The notes under the pieces are model-generated. The model did not search any database, was not told where the DNA came from, and saw only the letters and a program-made list of their open reading frames with translations. From the sequence record OR083247.1: a stretch of DNA of 64,000 bases, one strand, 5' to 3'. The translations under genes and the position numbers were made by a program. Each line of letters starts with the position of its first letter. The stretch's first letter is position 1. This DNA is from Escherichia phage Bf23. This document shows positions 19,837 through 29,087 of this stretch, piece by piece.

Positions 19837-20250
19837 TTAAACTAGTTCGACATGACCGCCATCATAGGTACCACGTTTTATTTCATCGTGATAGTCTCCC
19901 GAAGCATTCCAATCAGCACCAAAACGAAGTTTAATGCCTAGCTCTTTACCAGCTTGTTCAAAAGCCTTTTTAACTGCCCAAAATGCTTCTAAGTCATTCC
20001 AATCAATTTTGCCATTAATATATGGAGCAAAATCAATAGCATCCCCAGTAATATGTTTGCTTTTACTAGGATCTTTTAGAAATGAAGTACCATTAGCAAT
20101 GTTCTGGGCACTTTGTGCTACTGTACGAATACCTTGCACGATTGTGAAATCATACGGAGATAGTTCTAAAGCCCTACGAGCTACTTTTTGTAGTTCGGGC
20201 TTAACGGTAGCTAATTGTTTTTCGCTATTTTTACCAAATTTAAAACTCAT
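19837..20250 (-). CDS. lys: endolysin, L-alanyl-D-glutamate peptidase (M15-like)
   Basis: 137-aa ORF, the size of T5 endolysin; motifs 'HITGDAIDF' and 'DGGHVE'. Confidence 0.65.
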   Translation of the reverse strand: MSFKFGKNSEKQLATVKPELQKVARRALELSPYDFTIVQGIRTVAQSAQNIANGTSFLKDPSKSKHITGDAIDFAPYINGKIDWNDLEAFWAVKKAFEQAGKELGIKLRFGADWNASGDYHDEIKRGTYDGGHVELV

Positions 20251-20957
20251 ATTGACCTACCTAAAGACCTCTGTTGTGGGGAACAGAGCTTTGCTAAATA
20301 TTCCTTGAACTGTTCAGAATCAGCTGTATCTACCGGATTATCTTTCCAAGCAATACCAATGTACCCAGCATAGATATTTTTTAGATTGAAGTATGGACAA
20401 GTGTATATGTAATTAAAAGTAACGTTTTTAAACGCAGGTATATTTAACCCCATATATTTATTTACTCTTACACTTAAATCCGATGCGTAGTTAAAGCCCT
20501 CTAAATGACGTCTGTATAATTCAGACGTTTTATTTACCGCTTTATCGGCCAAGTCAGCCCTATCTAATTGCGCATTACTTTCCCATGCAATAATATTGGA
20601 ATAATCATTGATAGCATCTGGTTTATACTTGACTACAAAAACAGCATCTGCACCCGTCTGAGAGAAGAGAACCATGCTCTTTTCCCTCGCCACATTAGGG
20701 AAGTTATCTATCCTCTGGGTTTGTAAATCCTGTAAAACTGCAGACGTGGAAAAAGTCTTTAAGAATGACATCACTTCACTAGTATTACTAACAAATAAGA
20801 AAATAATGACAGCAACTAAGATAGTTAGCAGACGTTTAAGAAGCGATGCTGGGTCTTTCGCTTCTTGGAGCAGTACTGTTAATAATTGTAAGAACTTTTC
20901 CAATTTGTAACCTCCTCTAACCAGTACCATTATACTAATTTTGGAGGAAGATTTCAA
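20247..20957 (-). CDS. putative holin / lysis membrane protein
   Basis: 236-aa ORF directly upstream of endolysin with one strong TM segment. Confidence 0.45.
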   Translation of the reverse strand: MKSSSKISIMVLVRGGYKLEKFLQLLTVLLQEAKDPASLLKRLLTILVAVIIFLFVSNTSEVMSFLKTFSTSAVLQDLQTQRIDNFPNVAREKSMVLFSQTGADAVFVVKYKPDAINDYSNIIAWESNAQLDRADLADKAVNKTSELYRRHLEGFNYASDLSVRVNKYMGLNIPAFKNVTFNYIYTCPYFNLKNIYAGYIGIAWKDNPVDTADSEQFKEYLAKLCSPQQRSLGRSI

Positions 20958-21059
20958 TGGGTTTTTAAATGTTACACTTGGAGCACAAAATTATGTCGTT
21001 GTCAAGAAGAATTTTAGATAAAAGAAAAGCCAGGGTACTTAACCCTGGCTTAAAATTAC

Positions 21060-21659
21060 TTACTCTTCGTTGTGCTCCTCGGATTGAGGTAACTGCGCTT
21101 TATTATATTGCTCAGATCGATATTTTGCCAAGATTTCAATACGCTTATGAATTTCCTTGCTATCTAGATAGATATTTTTGTTGTCTTTTACCATCTCGTC
21201 GATTTCATCTATTGAGAAGAACGGATAGTAGACATCTAGCATCATATCTTCTACGAACTTGTTGTAAGATTCATAGGCTTTCTTGATTTCTTGACCTTTC
21301 TCACAGAACCCGCCAGAGAACGTGTGTCCCATTAGCGTAGCATGTGGATGTACTACCCATCCATGACAAGATAGGAAAATTGTGCAGTAAGCAGAAGCAC
21401 TAGGACCAATCAGGTGTCCTATAACTGTTCCACGGCAATTAGCAATTAAGTTAGATAACTGTGCAGCGGTATCAACATAGCCACCAGGGCCATTAATCAT
21501 CAGATTAATTTCGTCGTCCTCATTTGCCTGCATAAGTACCATTGATAAATCACGGTATTCATCCGGCGGACCAAGTTCTTCATCAAAGAAAAAGGTATAC
21601 TCGTTAGATTGGCGAATGGAGTGAAACAGGTTAGTCTTTTCTTCTTTTTTATTAGTCAT
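21060..21659 (-). CDS. ClpP-like serine protease
   Basis: 199-aa ORF; 'MINGPGGYVDTAAQL', 'GPSASAYCTIF' resemble ClpP. Confidence 0.5.
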   Translation of the reverse strand: MTNKKEEKTNLFHSIRQSNEYTFFFDEELGPPDEYRDLSMVLMQANEDDEINLMINGPGGYVDTAAQLSNLIANCRGTVIGHLIGPSASAYCTIFLSCHGWVVHPHATLMGHTFSGGFCEKGQEIKKAYESYNKFVEDMMLDVYYPFFSIDEIDEMVKDNKNIYLDSKEIHKRIEILAKYRSEQYNKAQLPQSEEHNEE

Positions 21660-21671
21660 AGCGATCCTTGA

Positions 21672-22424
21672 TTATCCAACTAGTGGTTCTAGCTCTAAGT
21701 CACAGAAGTTATACACTTCTAGTTTAAGGTTATTGATACCATCGAATTTATTAACTAATTCGTGAGTAATATATTTTGCAGGAATACCACTTTCAGATGG
21801 ATGATCTGATTTAATAGTGAACTTCTGCTCAGCGGGCACTACATTTACTAGTAAAGAATCCATATCTAAATGGTTTGTTTCTCTGAGTAACTCTCCTTCA
21901 TTGGGGAATCTCACATCTGTTATTACGGCGACATCTGGGTCGTCTTTAGCGATGGATTGCTCCAGAATTATGAGCCAAATGCGTTCATGTACCAGCTGCC
22001 TTCCTAGCTCTGTTCCTACGAGCTGTAACATTTTTCTCGGAGAAATAAATAAACTATAAAGTCCGTCTTCTTTATTCTCTGAGATAAGTTGTTGAGGATT
22101 AAGATATTTTTCCTCAAAAATCGGCCAAACGTACGAGAAGTCTTCAAACTTATCGATACCGTATTTAAACCATACGTCTCTAGCTCGCTCCAATTGAGAT
22201 TGTGTGACCGTAAACCATTGGTCAATCTCTTTCCCCCTGCGCTCTCCTAGAAACTCTGGAGTTACACCGAGGATTACGGATGCAAGTTCATAAACAGGCT
22301 TAGCAAAACTATAACGACGGGCTAAATACATTGGATACGTGTCATTACACCAATCGATAATTAATTTTGCAACGGTATCTTTTCCCGAACCAGCTTCACC
22401 ATGTAAACCGACTAATACTGACAT
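21672..22424 (-). CDS. dnk: deoxynucleoside monophosphate kinase
   Basis: 250-aa ORF; Walker A 'GEAGSGKDT'; size matches T5 dNMP kinase. Confidence 0.6.
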   Translation of the reverse strand: MSVLVGLHGEAGSGKDTVAKLIIDWCNDTYPMYLARRYSFAKPVYELASVILGVTPEFLGERRGKEIDQWFTVTQSQLERARDVWFKYGIDKFEDFSYVWPIFEEKYLNPQQLISENKEDGLYSLFISPRKMLQLVGTELGRQLVHERIWLIILEQSIAKDDPDVAVITDVRFPNEGELLRETNHLDMDSLLVNVVPAEQKFTIKSDHPSESGIPAKYITHELVNKFDGINNLKLEVYNFCDLELEPLVG

Positions 22425-22777
22425 TAATCTTTCCTATTGTTAATTGGTGGATAATATACTAAACAACGTTTTTCTTGTAAATCTTGGCGATAGAAGCAAA
22501 CCATACTAGTCAGTCGTGAAATAAAGGAATATTCTGCCTCACGGCATTTTGCCAACATATTCCAATCTTTATATGGTACAACAACTACTACGCCATCTTC
22601 GCCATTTGTAGCTAATTTCTTTTCGAATTTGAAATCAAAGCTACAAGGCTGAAGTCCTTTAGGCCAATCCACATGGGCTTGCTTTAACTCATGTGACGGC
22701 TCTGGTACTACCGTTTCTGCACAGCCTGTGATTGTGATTGTGGCTGCGAGCAGTATTCCAAGTTTCCAGTTAAACAT
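22424..22777 (-). CDS. putative lipoprotein
   Basis: 117-aa ORF; signal peptide with lipobox-like 'ITGCAE'. Confidence 0.45.
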   Translation of the reverse strand: MFNWKLGILLAATITITGCAETVVPEPSHELKQAHVDWPKGLQPCSFDFKFEKKLATNGEDGVVVVVPYKDWNMLAKCREAEYSFISRLTSMVCFYRQDLQEKRCLVYYPPINNRKD

Positions 22778-23151
22778 GCTAATCTTTCCTCGAACTCCTT
22801 ACTCTGCTTTTTAGCAATTAATGTAACCAATCCAGGCTTTGCAGCTATAATATCTTGACGACTAAGTGCTTTATCAAGCTGGGAGATCTTCTTATCAAGA
22901 TCTTGTTGAGAAATATTATGGAAAGTGAAATATTGATTCATACGTGTTTCACGTTGTTCACTTTCAACTTTAATCTTGTTTAAGGAAGTTTCTAGAGTAG
23001 AGATCTTTTTAGTAGCTACTGCAAGATCACCTGCTAGAGTCTCAACCTTATTAACTAAGTGATAAGCACCGAATCCGATGCCTATCGCTAGACCTGCTCC
23101 CAGGATATACCACTTACCTTGCCATAGGGAACTAATAAAGTTTTTTATCAT
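22708..23151 (-). CDS. membrane-anchored coiled-coil protein
   Basis: 147-aa ORF; N-terminal TM segment. Confidence 0.4.
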   Translation of the reverse strand: MIKNFISSLWQGKWYILGAGLAIGIGFGAYHLVNKVETLAGDLAVATKKISTLETSLNKIKVESEQRETRMNQYFTFHNISQQDLDKKISQLDKALSRQDIIAAKPGLVTLIAKKQSKEFEERLACLTGNLEYCSQPQSQSQAVQKR

Positions 23152-23846
23152 CTTTTCATATTCCTGAATGATGTAACCGTATCAAATCCATGTGCTGCTA
23201 GGCGGTCTTTATCTGATACAGTAATCATATCAGGCTCACCAGTTCCTAGTACACCGAAGATATACTGTTCGAGAACTTGATGCAAACGATATAAGTTGCT
23301 TTCAATTTCCTGCCACGGAATACCTGACTGATGGAAACGAATGTTAGTCTGAATCACGAAGTTACGAACATCATCGTTATCGTTCTTCTTGATACCTTTC
23401 ACATATGCAATCGGTACACGCAGTTCGGACAAGATACGTTCTGCTTTAGGTTTTGCTTCAACGAGCAAATCACGCATTGTTTCACGAACATCTCCACGAC
23501 TCTTATCCATTAAGTAGGAGCGAGCATGCAACCCCATCTCTTCCATTTTATCGAACATAGTGTCGAGGTCGAACGTTTTAAAGCTAAACGCTGGATGCCA
23601 GCAGTATAACTCGTGTAACCAGTAAACTTCACCTGCAACAAACAGTGGGTTTACAAAGTATTCGAAGTCGCCACGGAAAGATAGTGAACCCTCACGAAAT
23701 ACTTGGCGAGTATGCACAATGTTCTTTTCTGCATCATCAGTTACCTTAACCAGTAACTCTTCAGTTTTACGCTCCCAAACACGATCGGGGTCAAACAAAC
23801 TATTCTGCAAATCATACACATCTGCAAATTTAGAAATGATTCTCAT
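23148..23846 (-). CDS. hypothetical protein
   Basis: 232-aa ORF. Confidence 0.5.
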   Translation of the reverse strand: MRIISKFADVYDLQNSLFDPDRVWERKTEELLVKVTDDAEKNIVHTRQVFREGSLSFRGDFEYFVNPLFVAGEVYWLHELYCWHPAFSFKTFDLDTMFDKMEEMGLHARSYLMDKSRGDVRETMRDLLVEAKPKAERILSELRVPIAYVKGIKKNDNDDVRNFVIQTNIRFHQSGIPWQEIESNLYRLHQVLEQYIFGVLGTGEPDMITVSDKDRLAAHGFDTVTSFRNMKR

Positions 23847-23877
23847 ATTTAATCCTCTTGCCTCAATCTATGAATAT

Positions 23878-23906
23878 ATTATACAAAAGTTTGGGCATCT
23901 ATGCAA
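23878..23906 (-). promoter_or_regulatory. T5-type early promoter (-35 TTGCAT, -10 TATAAT)
   Basis: conserved cassette. Confidence 0.55.
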
Positions 23907-23926
23907 CTAAAATTTTATTACAAAAA

Positions 23927-23957
23927 TAGCCCAGTCGCAAAAGTGCAGGCTGGGCTT
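23927..23957 (-). terminator. rho-independent terminator
   Basis: hairpin AGCCCAG...CTGGGCT with U-run on the minus strand. Confidence 0.5.
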
Positions 23958-24000
23958 TGTCATTATTTGCTTTTGCTAGTAAGTTGACTTAGTGTCAATC

Positions 24001-24381
24001 TTATGTAATATTAGTTTCTCTAGCTTTGCGTAGTACCCCTGCATTTCTCCATAACTTAATATCGTCTACTGTTTCTTTATAAGGAGCTATGGTAAAACCT
24101 AGTGGGCCAGCACTAAATAATCCTAAGAATCCTATTGCACGCATATAGAATAAACATTCTTCGCCTGTCATTTCTTCAACTGCTTTTCTTTGTTTTTCGT
24201 TTTCAAACCCGTGCTCCTTGTTGTCTATACGAAGGTGTTTAATGAACCATTCAGCAGAATATTCATCTAAGTGTCTAAGTATAGCTACTGCATATCCAGC
24301 GCCAATTAAAAACCAGGTGGTAACAAGAATTAGTACTATAGTCATATCATCTCCAGTTAAGGTCAGCGACCAACTCACCAC
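24001..24381 (-). CDS. membrane protein
   Basis: 126-aa ORF with TM segments. Confidence 0.4.
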   Translation of the reverse strand: MVSWSLTLTGDDMTIVLILVTTWFLIGAGYAVAILRHLDEYSAEWFIKHLRIDNKEHGFENEKQRKAVEEMTGEECLFYMRAIGFLGLFSAGPLGFTIAPYKETVDDIKLWRNAGVLRKARETNIT

Positions 24382-24455
24382 TTACCGCACTAAGGGGCAC
24401 GACTCCCTTATCCGTAACAGTTGCAGGTGACGCAACTCGGTCCTACGCGAGTTCT

Positions 24456-24740
24456 TTAAGTATTCTGCATTTCTGCTCTAAATTTTTTCATATTACGAGT
24501 TTTTCGGTAATAGAAAAATACAGATGTTGGGCCTAGAAGAATGTCTATAATAAATATTGCAGATCTAGCACATCTGAGCAACGTTTTATCGTCAAGAGGT
24601 GCTAGGTCTGATGGACGTGTTTTATGTACAACATATAAGATCACATCTTTGTTCTTAGAGATATACAGATCATCAATCAAGCTGTAAATAGCAACTATAG
24701 ACCCAATGACGAACCAAAGAGCAAATGGAGAGATAATCAT
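24456..24740 (-). CDS. membrane protein
   Basis: 94-aa ORF. Confidence 0.4.
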   Translation of the reverse strand: MIISPFALWFVIGSIVAIYSLIDDLYISKNKDVILYVVHKTRPSDLAPLDDKTLLRCARSAIFIIDILLGPTSVFFYYRKTRNMKKFRAEMQNT

Positions 24741-25033
24741 TTCAGATCCTTTTCATTAACTAGAATATTTGTAAATAATGGAGTATTCCCTAAGCACATG
24801 GTAGGCCCAAAGGTTTGCATAGCTACCCACAACTGCATAGTAATCATACCATCCTTAATCTCTGGATCTTTATACTCCTCAATACGTTTTTTAGCAAAGG
24901 CAACTACATCTGGATTATTTTTATTTTCCTGAATATAGTCATGCCAAAATTGTGTATTCTCACTACGCAGGAATGTTAAGACGTCCTTAGTTGCTGGAAT
25001 CTGCACTGTGCTATTGATGTTTAGCTTTTTCAC
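24737..25033 (-). CDS. hypothetical protein
   Basis: 98-aa ORF. Confidence 0.4.
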   Translation of the reverse strand: MKKLNINSTVQIPATKDVLTFLRSENTQFWHDYIQENKNNPDVVAFAKKRIEEYKDPEIKDGMITMQLWVAMQTFGPTMCLGNTPLFTNILVNEKDLK

Positions 25034-25430
25034 GTTCTTCTCTCCGACGTTTGCATTCTTTCATCATATGAGCTGCTACAACTTCATGGTAGTAGTCATT
25101 AATGTTATCTTCTGGCAAGAAATGCTTAATAGTCTCTAGCTGACAAATAACTCGATGAAGATGGTTATTTGGTAGACACAATTTTATACCTGCAACAAAT
25201 CCAGAGAAGCCTGGAACACTGAACATGGGTTGGGCTTCTACTCTGCCTTCAGAGTTGATATTAAGCTCAATTGAGATACCCATTTTCATGCTATAAAGCT
25301 GGCAATATTCTCCATTACCAGACCTTGACCAAACAGTGAAGTCCTCATCAATTTGATCTTGGATTTCTGTAATTGCAAATTTAATTCTAGGATCTAAATT
25401 ATTCATCTTCACCTTCAAAGTCGCAATCAT
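25011..25430 (-). CDS. hypothetical protein
   Basis: 139-aa ORF. Confidence 0.45.
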   Translation of the reverse strand: MIATLKVKMNNLDPRIKFAITEIQDQIDEDFTVWSRSGNGEYCQLYSMKMGISIELNINSEGRVEAQPMFSVPGFSGFVAGIKLCLPNNHLHRVICQLETIKHFLPEDNINDYYHEVVAAHMMKECKRRREEREKAKHQ

Positions 25431-25698
25431 AACGACAAGTAAAAGAACTAGAGCTATTAGTACGTTGAGTAGTTATCTCACCACGTTTGCTAACAGTAAC
25501 AGCCGGAGTAGAGAAGTTTTTATTAGTATATATTTCTACTTTGCCATTACGTTCTTTAACATCACGCACTTTACCATATTCAGTAATGATGCCATTTTGT
25601 TGGACTTTAACATTACCGTTTTTCATAAAAACTTTGGTAGATGCTAGAGAACTGAAACTAACTGCCGAAACCATCAGTGCAATAATAAACTTATTCAT
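25399..25698 (-). CDS. secreted protein
   Basis: start trimmed to Met opening signal peptide 'MNKFIIALMVSAVSFSSLAS'. Confidence 0.4.
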   Translation of the reverse strand: MNKFIIALMVSAVSFSSLASTKVFMKNGNVKVQQNGIITEYGKVRDVKERNGKVEIYTNKNFSTPAVTVSKRGEITTQRTNSSSSFTCRYDCDFEGEDE

Positions 25699-25972
25699 CA
25701 GTATCTTCCTCACTACAGTCACGGCATACATCATAATCATTGAAGGAATGTTCATGAGCTTCACACCACCAAGAACAAGAATCACAGAGGAATATTTCGG
25801 TTTTCTCAAGTGCTTGGCCTAAAAGATCATCAGCTTCCTCAGCAGTAATCTTCAATCCACATACATCTGCCACACGTTCTTTAATTAAGCGACCTGCCTC
25901 ATGATAAGACATACAGGTTCCAACAACACTATGCTCGACAACGTGAATAGCACAGTCTAGACGAGTTTTCAT
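25691..25972 (-). CDS. Cys-rich hypothetical protein
   Basis: 93-aa ORF; early promoter upstream. Confidence 0.45.
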   Translation of the reverse strand: MKTRLDCAIHVVEHSVVGTCMSYHEAGRLIKERVADVCGLKITAEEADDLLGQALEKTEIFLCDSCSWWCEAHEHSFNDYDVCRDCSEEDTDE

Positions 25973-26001
25973 TTCAAACCTCTCTCATCAATTTATAAAT
26001 A

Positions 26002-26030
26002 TATTATAACAAGAAAAGAGAGGTTTAGCA
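26002..26030 (-). promoter_or_regulatory. T5-type early promoter (-35 TTGCTA, -10 TATAAT)
   Basis: conserved cassette. Confidence 0.6.
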
Positions 26031-26048
26031 AATGAATTATTTCAGAAA

Positions 26049-26396
26049 TTAGTCGTAGCACCACCATAATCCACGCTTACGCATGTCATGATCGCGATTA
26101 TAGTCGTAATTTTCTGGATCTTTCATCACGCGGTGGAGTTCTTGACGATTCCCTTGACGAACCATTTTATTAGAATGCCACTTAACATTCTTACTAACAG
26201 AATTCCAGCTATAACCATCCTTTTTCTCATTACGAATGGTTGCTTCTTCCATTTCCTGTTCTACCTCATCCCAGGATTTAGCATAAGTAACACGAATCCA
26301 GTAGCCACTTGCTTTGAGGAAAGTATATCCCTGGGTGTAAGTAGCTTTAGACTTCCACCACTGATCACCAGATTGTTTACGATAAGTACGGCTCAT
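26049..26396 (-). CDS. Trp-rich hypothetical protein
   Basis: 115-aa ORF. Confidence 0.45.
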   Translation of the reverse strand: MSRTYRKQSGDQWWKSKATYTQGYTFLKASGYWIRVTYAKSWDEVEQEMEEATIRNEKKDGYSWNSVSKNVKWHSNKMVRQGNRQELHRVMKDPENYDYNRDHDMRKRGLWWCYD

Positions 26397-26477
26397 ATTA
26401 CCTCCATTAAGTCTTTTAAATTAACCTAATGTGGATGAATTTTATTATACATAAATTATTTACCTGTATGCAGAAAA

Positions 26478-26512
26478 ACCCCAGACTACTTATTCAATAG
26501 CTGGGGTTTGTT
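26478..26512 (-). terminator. rho-independent terminator
   Basis: hairpin CCCCAG...CTGGGG with U-run on the minus strand. Confidence 0.55.
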
Positions 26513-26517
26513 ATTAA

Positions 26518-26832
26518 TCACAGATCGGGGCGTTCATCTTCGAAACAGCCTGAGCTAATTCCTTCTCCGAATCCTACAAAGCCATCAAATTCATCATTTG
26601 AAATATCCGTAATCATTGCTTCCATTTTCCTAATTTCCGAGGTTTTCATACCTGCTTTACTATTCTTAAAGTGTTTGCGAGGGTTCCCACACATCCAACA
26701 AGAACAGATGCAAGGAGTAGTAGTGATAATACCTAACCGTTTAGGGCTTTCTTCATGTGGGAAGACTGTCCAATACTTCTTGCGGTTGTTCTTTACACGT
26801 TGCCGGTGATGACGTCTTAATGCTCGATCCAC
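26518..26832 (-). CDS. Cys-rich (zinc-finger-like) protein
   Basis: 104-aa ORF; 'CICSCWMCGNP'. Confidence 0.4.
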   Translation of the reverse strand: MDRALRRHHRQRVKNNRKKYWTVFPHEESPKRLGIITTTPCICSCWMCGNPRKHFKNSKAGMKTSEIRKMEAMITDISNDEFDGFVGFGEGISSGCFEDERPDL

Positions 26833-26913
26833 ACATTTCTCCTAAAACTTGGGAGATAAATGGAGTTTGCTCGACTACCTTACGTAGTTCGTAGAAACCG
26901 TATCCAAGCCCCA

Positions 26914-27282
26914 TTACATCGCCTGAGTAAATGTACGACTAATAACGTCGTTCTGCTGTTCACGTGTCAGTGCGTTAAAGCGCACAGCATAACCAGAAAC
27001 ACGAATGGTTAACTGAGGGTATTTTTCAGGATGTTTCTGGGCATCCAAAAGCTGATCACGACTTAACACATTGACATTTAGGTGTTGACCACCTTCAATT
27101 TGAGGGGCGACCTCCACCTTGACTTCACGAAAGGATTCAGAGTCAAAGTGAGGTGTGATACCTTCTAGATCTTCAACTAGAACTTTTTGTTTAAGTTCAC
27201 CATCTTTAGAGTACAGTTGAATAATCTGATTATCATGAACAAGATTAATTACGCCAGACTTAAGATTTTGATATGCTTTCAT
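26914..27282 (-). CDS. grcA: GrcA-like autonomous glycyl-radical cofactor protein
   Basis: start trimmed to Met at 27282 (RBS 'aggaga'); the ORF-track N-terminus runs into tRNA-Met. '[10 protein letters not shown]' and '[20 protein letters not shown]' match E. coli GrcA (YfiD) as I recall it. Confidence 0.65.
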   Translation of the reverse strand: MKAYQNLKSGVINLVHDNQIIQLYSKDGELKQKVLVEDLEGITPHFDSESFREVKVEVAPQIEGGQHLNVNVLSRDQLLDAQKHPEKYPQLTIRVSGYAVRFNALTREQQNDVISRTFTQAM

Positions 27283-27299
27283 TAGCTCTCCTGTTTGGT

Positions 27300-27372
27300 A
27301 GTTAGTAGTGGATTTGAACCACTGTAGTCGCTCCGTATGAAGGAGGTGCATAACCACTCTGCCAACTAACTA
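27300..27372 (-). tRNA. tRNA-Met (anticodon CAT)
   Basis: hand-folded: perfect 7-bp acceptor AGTTAGT/ACTAACT, T-arm AGTGG-TTCAAAT-CCACT, loop TTCATAC; CCA not encoded. Confidence 0.6.
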
Positions 27373-27467
27373 TTATGTTTTACTAGACTAAGTAAGTATT
27401 CTTTGTACTCTTTAGACCAATTAGCTTTTTTAAACTTTCCTGGACGCATAGTCTTAATTCCTAGATT

Positions 27468-27544
27468 TGGTACTCCGGGAGGGATTTAAACCCCCGATCT
27501 CTCGGTTATCAGCCGAGTGCTTTAGATCGCTAAGCTACCGAAGT
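27468..27544 (-). tRNA. tRNA-Ile (anticodon GAT)
   Basis: hand-folded: acceptor ACTTCGG/CCGGAGT, anticodon stem CTCGG/CCGAG, loop CTGATAA, CCA encoded. Confidence 0.6.
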
Positions 27545-27545
27545 A

Positions 27546-27773
27546 TTAACATTTAATTGCAGAACGTTTACCATTTCTAGGCGCACCTGGAAGTCGTGCA
27601 CGTTCTGCCATTCTTCGCTTAATCTTTGAGATATTTTCTAGTGTTTGTTCTTCAGGCTTAATACCTGAAACACTACACCACTGATTACCATCCCATGCGG
27701 TAATGATCATAACACCATTACTCATGATCTTTTCTGTAAAAGTAATCCTCATTATAGCAACTCGTCTAAGCAA
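27546..27773 (-). CDS. hypothetical protein
   Basis: 75-aa ORF; start uncertain. Confidence 0.3.
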   Translation of the reverse strand: MLRRVAIMRITFTEKIMSNGVMIITAWDGNQWCSVSGIKPEEQTLENISKIKRRMAERARLPGAPRNGKRSAIKC

Positions 27774-28045
27774 GAGGTATAATGGAATTTAGCTTCTCCA
27801 GTCTTATCTATTTCTACCTCAGTTCGTGGTACTTGACGAACTACACCATGAATCATCTTATAGCGAACGCCTTTAGCTGGTTCATGATCTTTTGGAAATA
27901 CTTGTTTGACCGTTACTACTTTATACTCTTCACGCGGTGTTAATACAACTACTTGATCACCCTCTTTGATTTTCCAGGAAGATGGAAATTCATAGGTATA
28001 CCTTTGGCCACCAGTTTGGAATACTACAGAAAGATAACGTTTCAT
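27752..28045 (-). CDS. hypothetical protein
   Basis: 97-aa ORF with early promoter upstream. Confidence 0.45.
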   Translation of the reverse strand: MKRYLSVVFQTGGQRYTYEFPSSWKIKEGDQVVVLTPREEYKVVTVKQVFPKDHEPAKGVRYKMIHGVVRQVPRTEVEIDKTGEAKFHYTSCLDELL

Positions 28046-28076
28046 TTGGTTTCCCTCTCATTAATTTATATAAATA

Positions 28077-28105
28077 TTATAACAAGAAATAAGAGAGAAT
28101 GCAAA
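28077..28105 (-). promoter_or_regulatory. T5-type early promoter (-35 TTGCAT, -10 TATAAT)
   Basis: conserved cassette. Confidence 0.55.
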
Positions 28106-28119
28106 TGAATTTTTAAGTT

Positions 28120-28194
28120 TGGTGCTCCCACTAGGAATCGAACCCAGCTCAGATGCTTACAAGGCAACTGCATCGCCAACAATGCTTTAGGAGC
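28120..28194 (-). tRNA. tRNA-Thr (anticodon TGT)
   Basis: hand-folded: acceptor GCTCCTA/TGGGAGC, T-loop TTCGATT, loop CTTGTAA, CCA encoded. Confidence 0.55.
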
Positions 28195-28206
28195 GATAAT
28201 CCCATT

Positions 28207-28374
28207 ATTTCAATGGGATTTCTTTTTCAAATACAGGGGATTTATCTGACATTACTGTCATTGCCAACTGCTGAAGAAACTCGAAAGTTAGCTTTAAACG
28301 TTCTTCGCCTAATTCAACCTCAACGTATTTCTTTTGTTTGTCAACCTTTAATTTTAGGTTATCAGCCATCTTCG
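28207..28374 (-). CDS. small hypothetical protein
   Basis: about 55 codons read by hand beginning MADNLKLKV; not in the ORF track. Confidence 0.3.
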
Positions 28375-28583
28375 GATTCTCGTTGCTCAGCTACTGCTAG
28401 CCAGTCTGGTAAAAGAAACTTAGTACGAAACTCTTCATAAGATTCTTCTGGATAAAAGCTAAAACCTCCTTTCTCATCATTCAAGATAACAGAGCCGTCA
28501 GTTTGTTCATATGCTCGATATGTTTCTCCAATAATGATAACTCGCTTATCAGTACTTTTATTACGAAACTCAAAAACGTGCAT
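28362..28583 (-). CDS. hypothetical protein
   Basis: 73-aa ORF. Confidence 0.4.
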   Translation of the reverse strand: MHVFEFRNKSTDKRVIIIGETYRAYEQTDGSVILNDEKGGFSFYPEESYEEFRTKFLLPDWLAVAEQRESEDG

Positions 28584-28599
28584 AACGTTTCCTTAAAGT

Positions 28600-28675
28600 T
28601 GGAGCGGCTAGAGGGAATCGAACCCTACTCAGCGAGGCTTGGAAGGCCTGCGACACAACCCGTGTGCTTAACCGC
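28600..28675 (-). tRNA. tRNA, probably Gly (anticodon TCC)
   Basis: good acceptor GCGGTTA/TAGCCGC and T-loop TTCGATT; loop CTTCCAA; irregular D-arm. Confidence 0.45.
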
Positions 28676-28683
28676 TTATTGTT

Positions 28684-28759
28684 TGGCTGGAGAAGGAGGA
28701 GTCGAACCTACCATTAACGGAGTCAAAGGCCATTGTGTTAACCGTTACACTACTCTCCA
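28684..28759 (-). tRNA. tRNA-Gln (anticodon TTG)
   Basis: acceptor TGGAGAG/TTCTCCA, D-stem GTGT/ACAC, loop CTTTGAC; position 31-39 mismatched. Confidence 0.55.
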
Positions 28760-28765
28760 ATTATT

Positions 28766-28841
28766 TGGCTGGAGTGCCTGGGATCGAACCAGGAACCTTC
28801 GGAGTCAGAGGCCGACGATCTGCCAATTGATCTACACTCCA
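28766..28841 (-). tRNA. tRNA-Gln (anticodon CTG)
   Basis: perfect acceptor TGGAGTG/CACTCCA, T-arm CCTGG-TTCGATC-CCAGG, loop CTCTGAC. Confidence 0.55.
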
Positions 28842-28850
28842 AGAATGCTA

Positions 28851-29087
28851 TTAACTAGACACTGGTTCTGCTGGCTGAGATACGGCAGGCTGTTCTAATG
28901 TATCTGGTGCTGATACAGAGAAAAGAGCTTGTAATGCTGCAATATCACGCTCGTAAGTTTCAATACGAGTAGTAAGAGTATCTACCATCTGTTTATGATA
29001 GGCTAAGTTATTCTGAGATTCATCTCGAAGAGTTTGCAGTTCTGCAAGACGTGTTAACATAATTTCACTAATTAAAGCATTACTCAT
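28851..29087 (-). CDS. hypothetical coiled-coil protein
   Basis: 78-aa ORF. Confidence 0.4.
   Translation of the reverse strand: MSNALISEIMLTRLAELQTLRDESQNNLAYHKQMVDTLTTRIETYERDIAALQALFSVSAPDTLEQPAVSQPAEPVSS

Noticed and set aside
21817-22225. Short ORFs (80 aa plus-strand, 69 aa minus-strand) within the dNMP kinase gene
   Set aside because: Nested within a well-supported CDS with a Walker A motif; no independent signals.
26914-27357. Full 147-aa ORF from the six-frame track
   Set aside because: Its first 25 codons are the antisense of the tRNA-Met gene at 27300-27372; an internal Met with a strong RBS gives a GrcA-sized protein, so the gene was trimmed to 26914-27282.
28503-28898. 131-aa plus-strand ORF
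   Set aside because: It covers three consecutive minus-strand tRNA genes (Gly, Gln, Gln); no translation signals.
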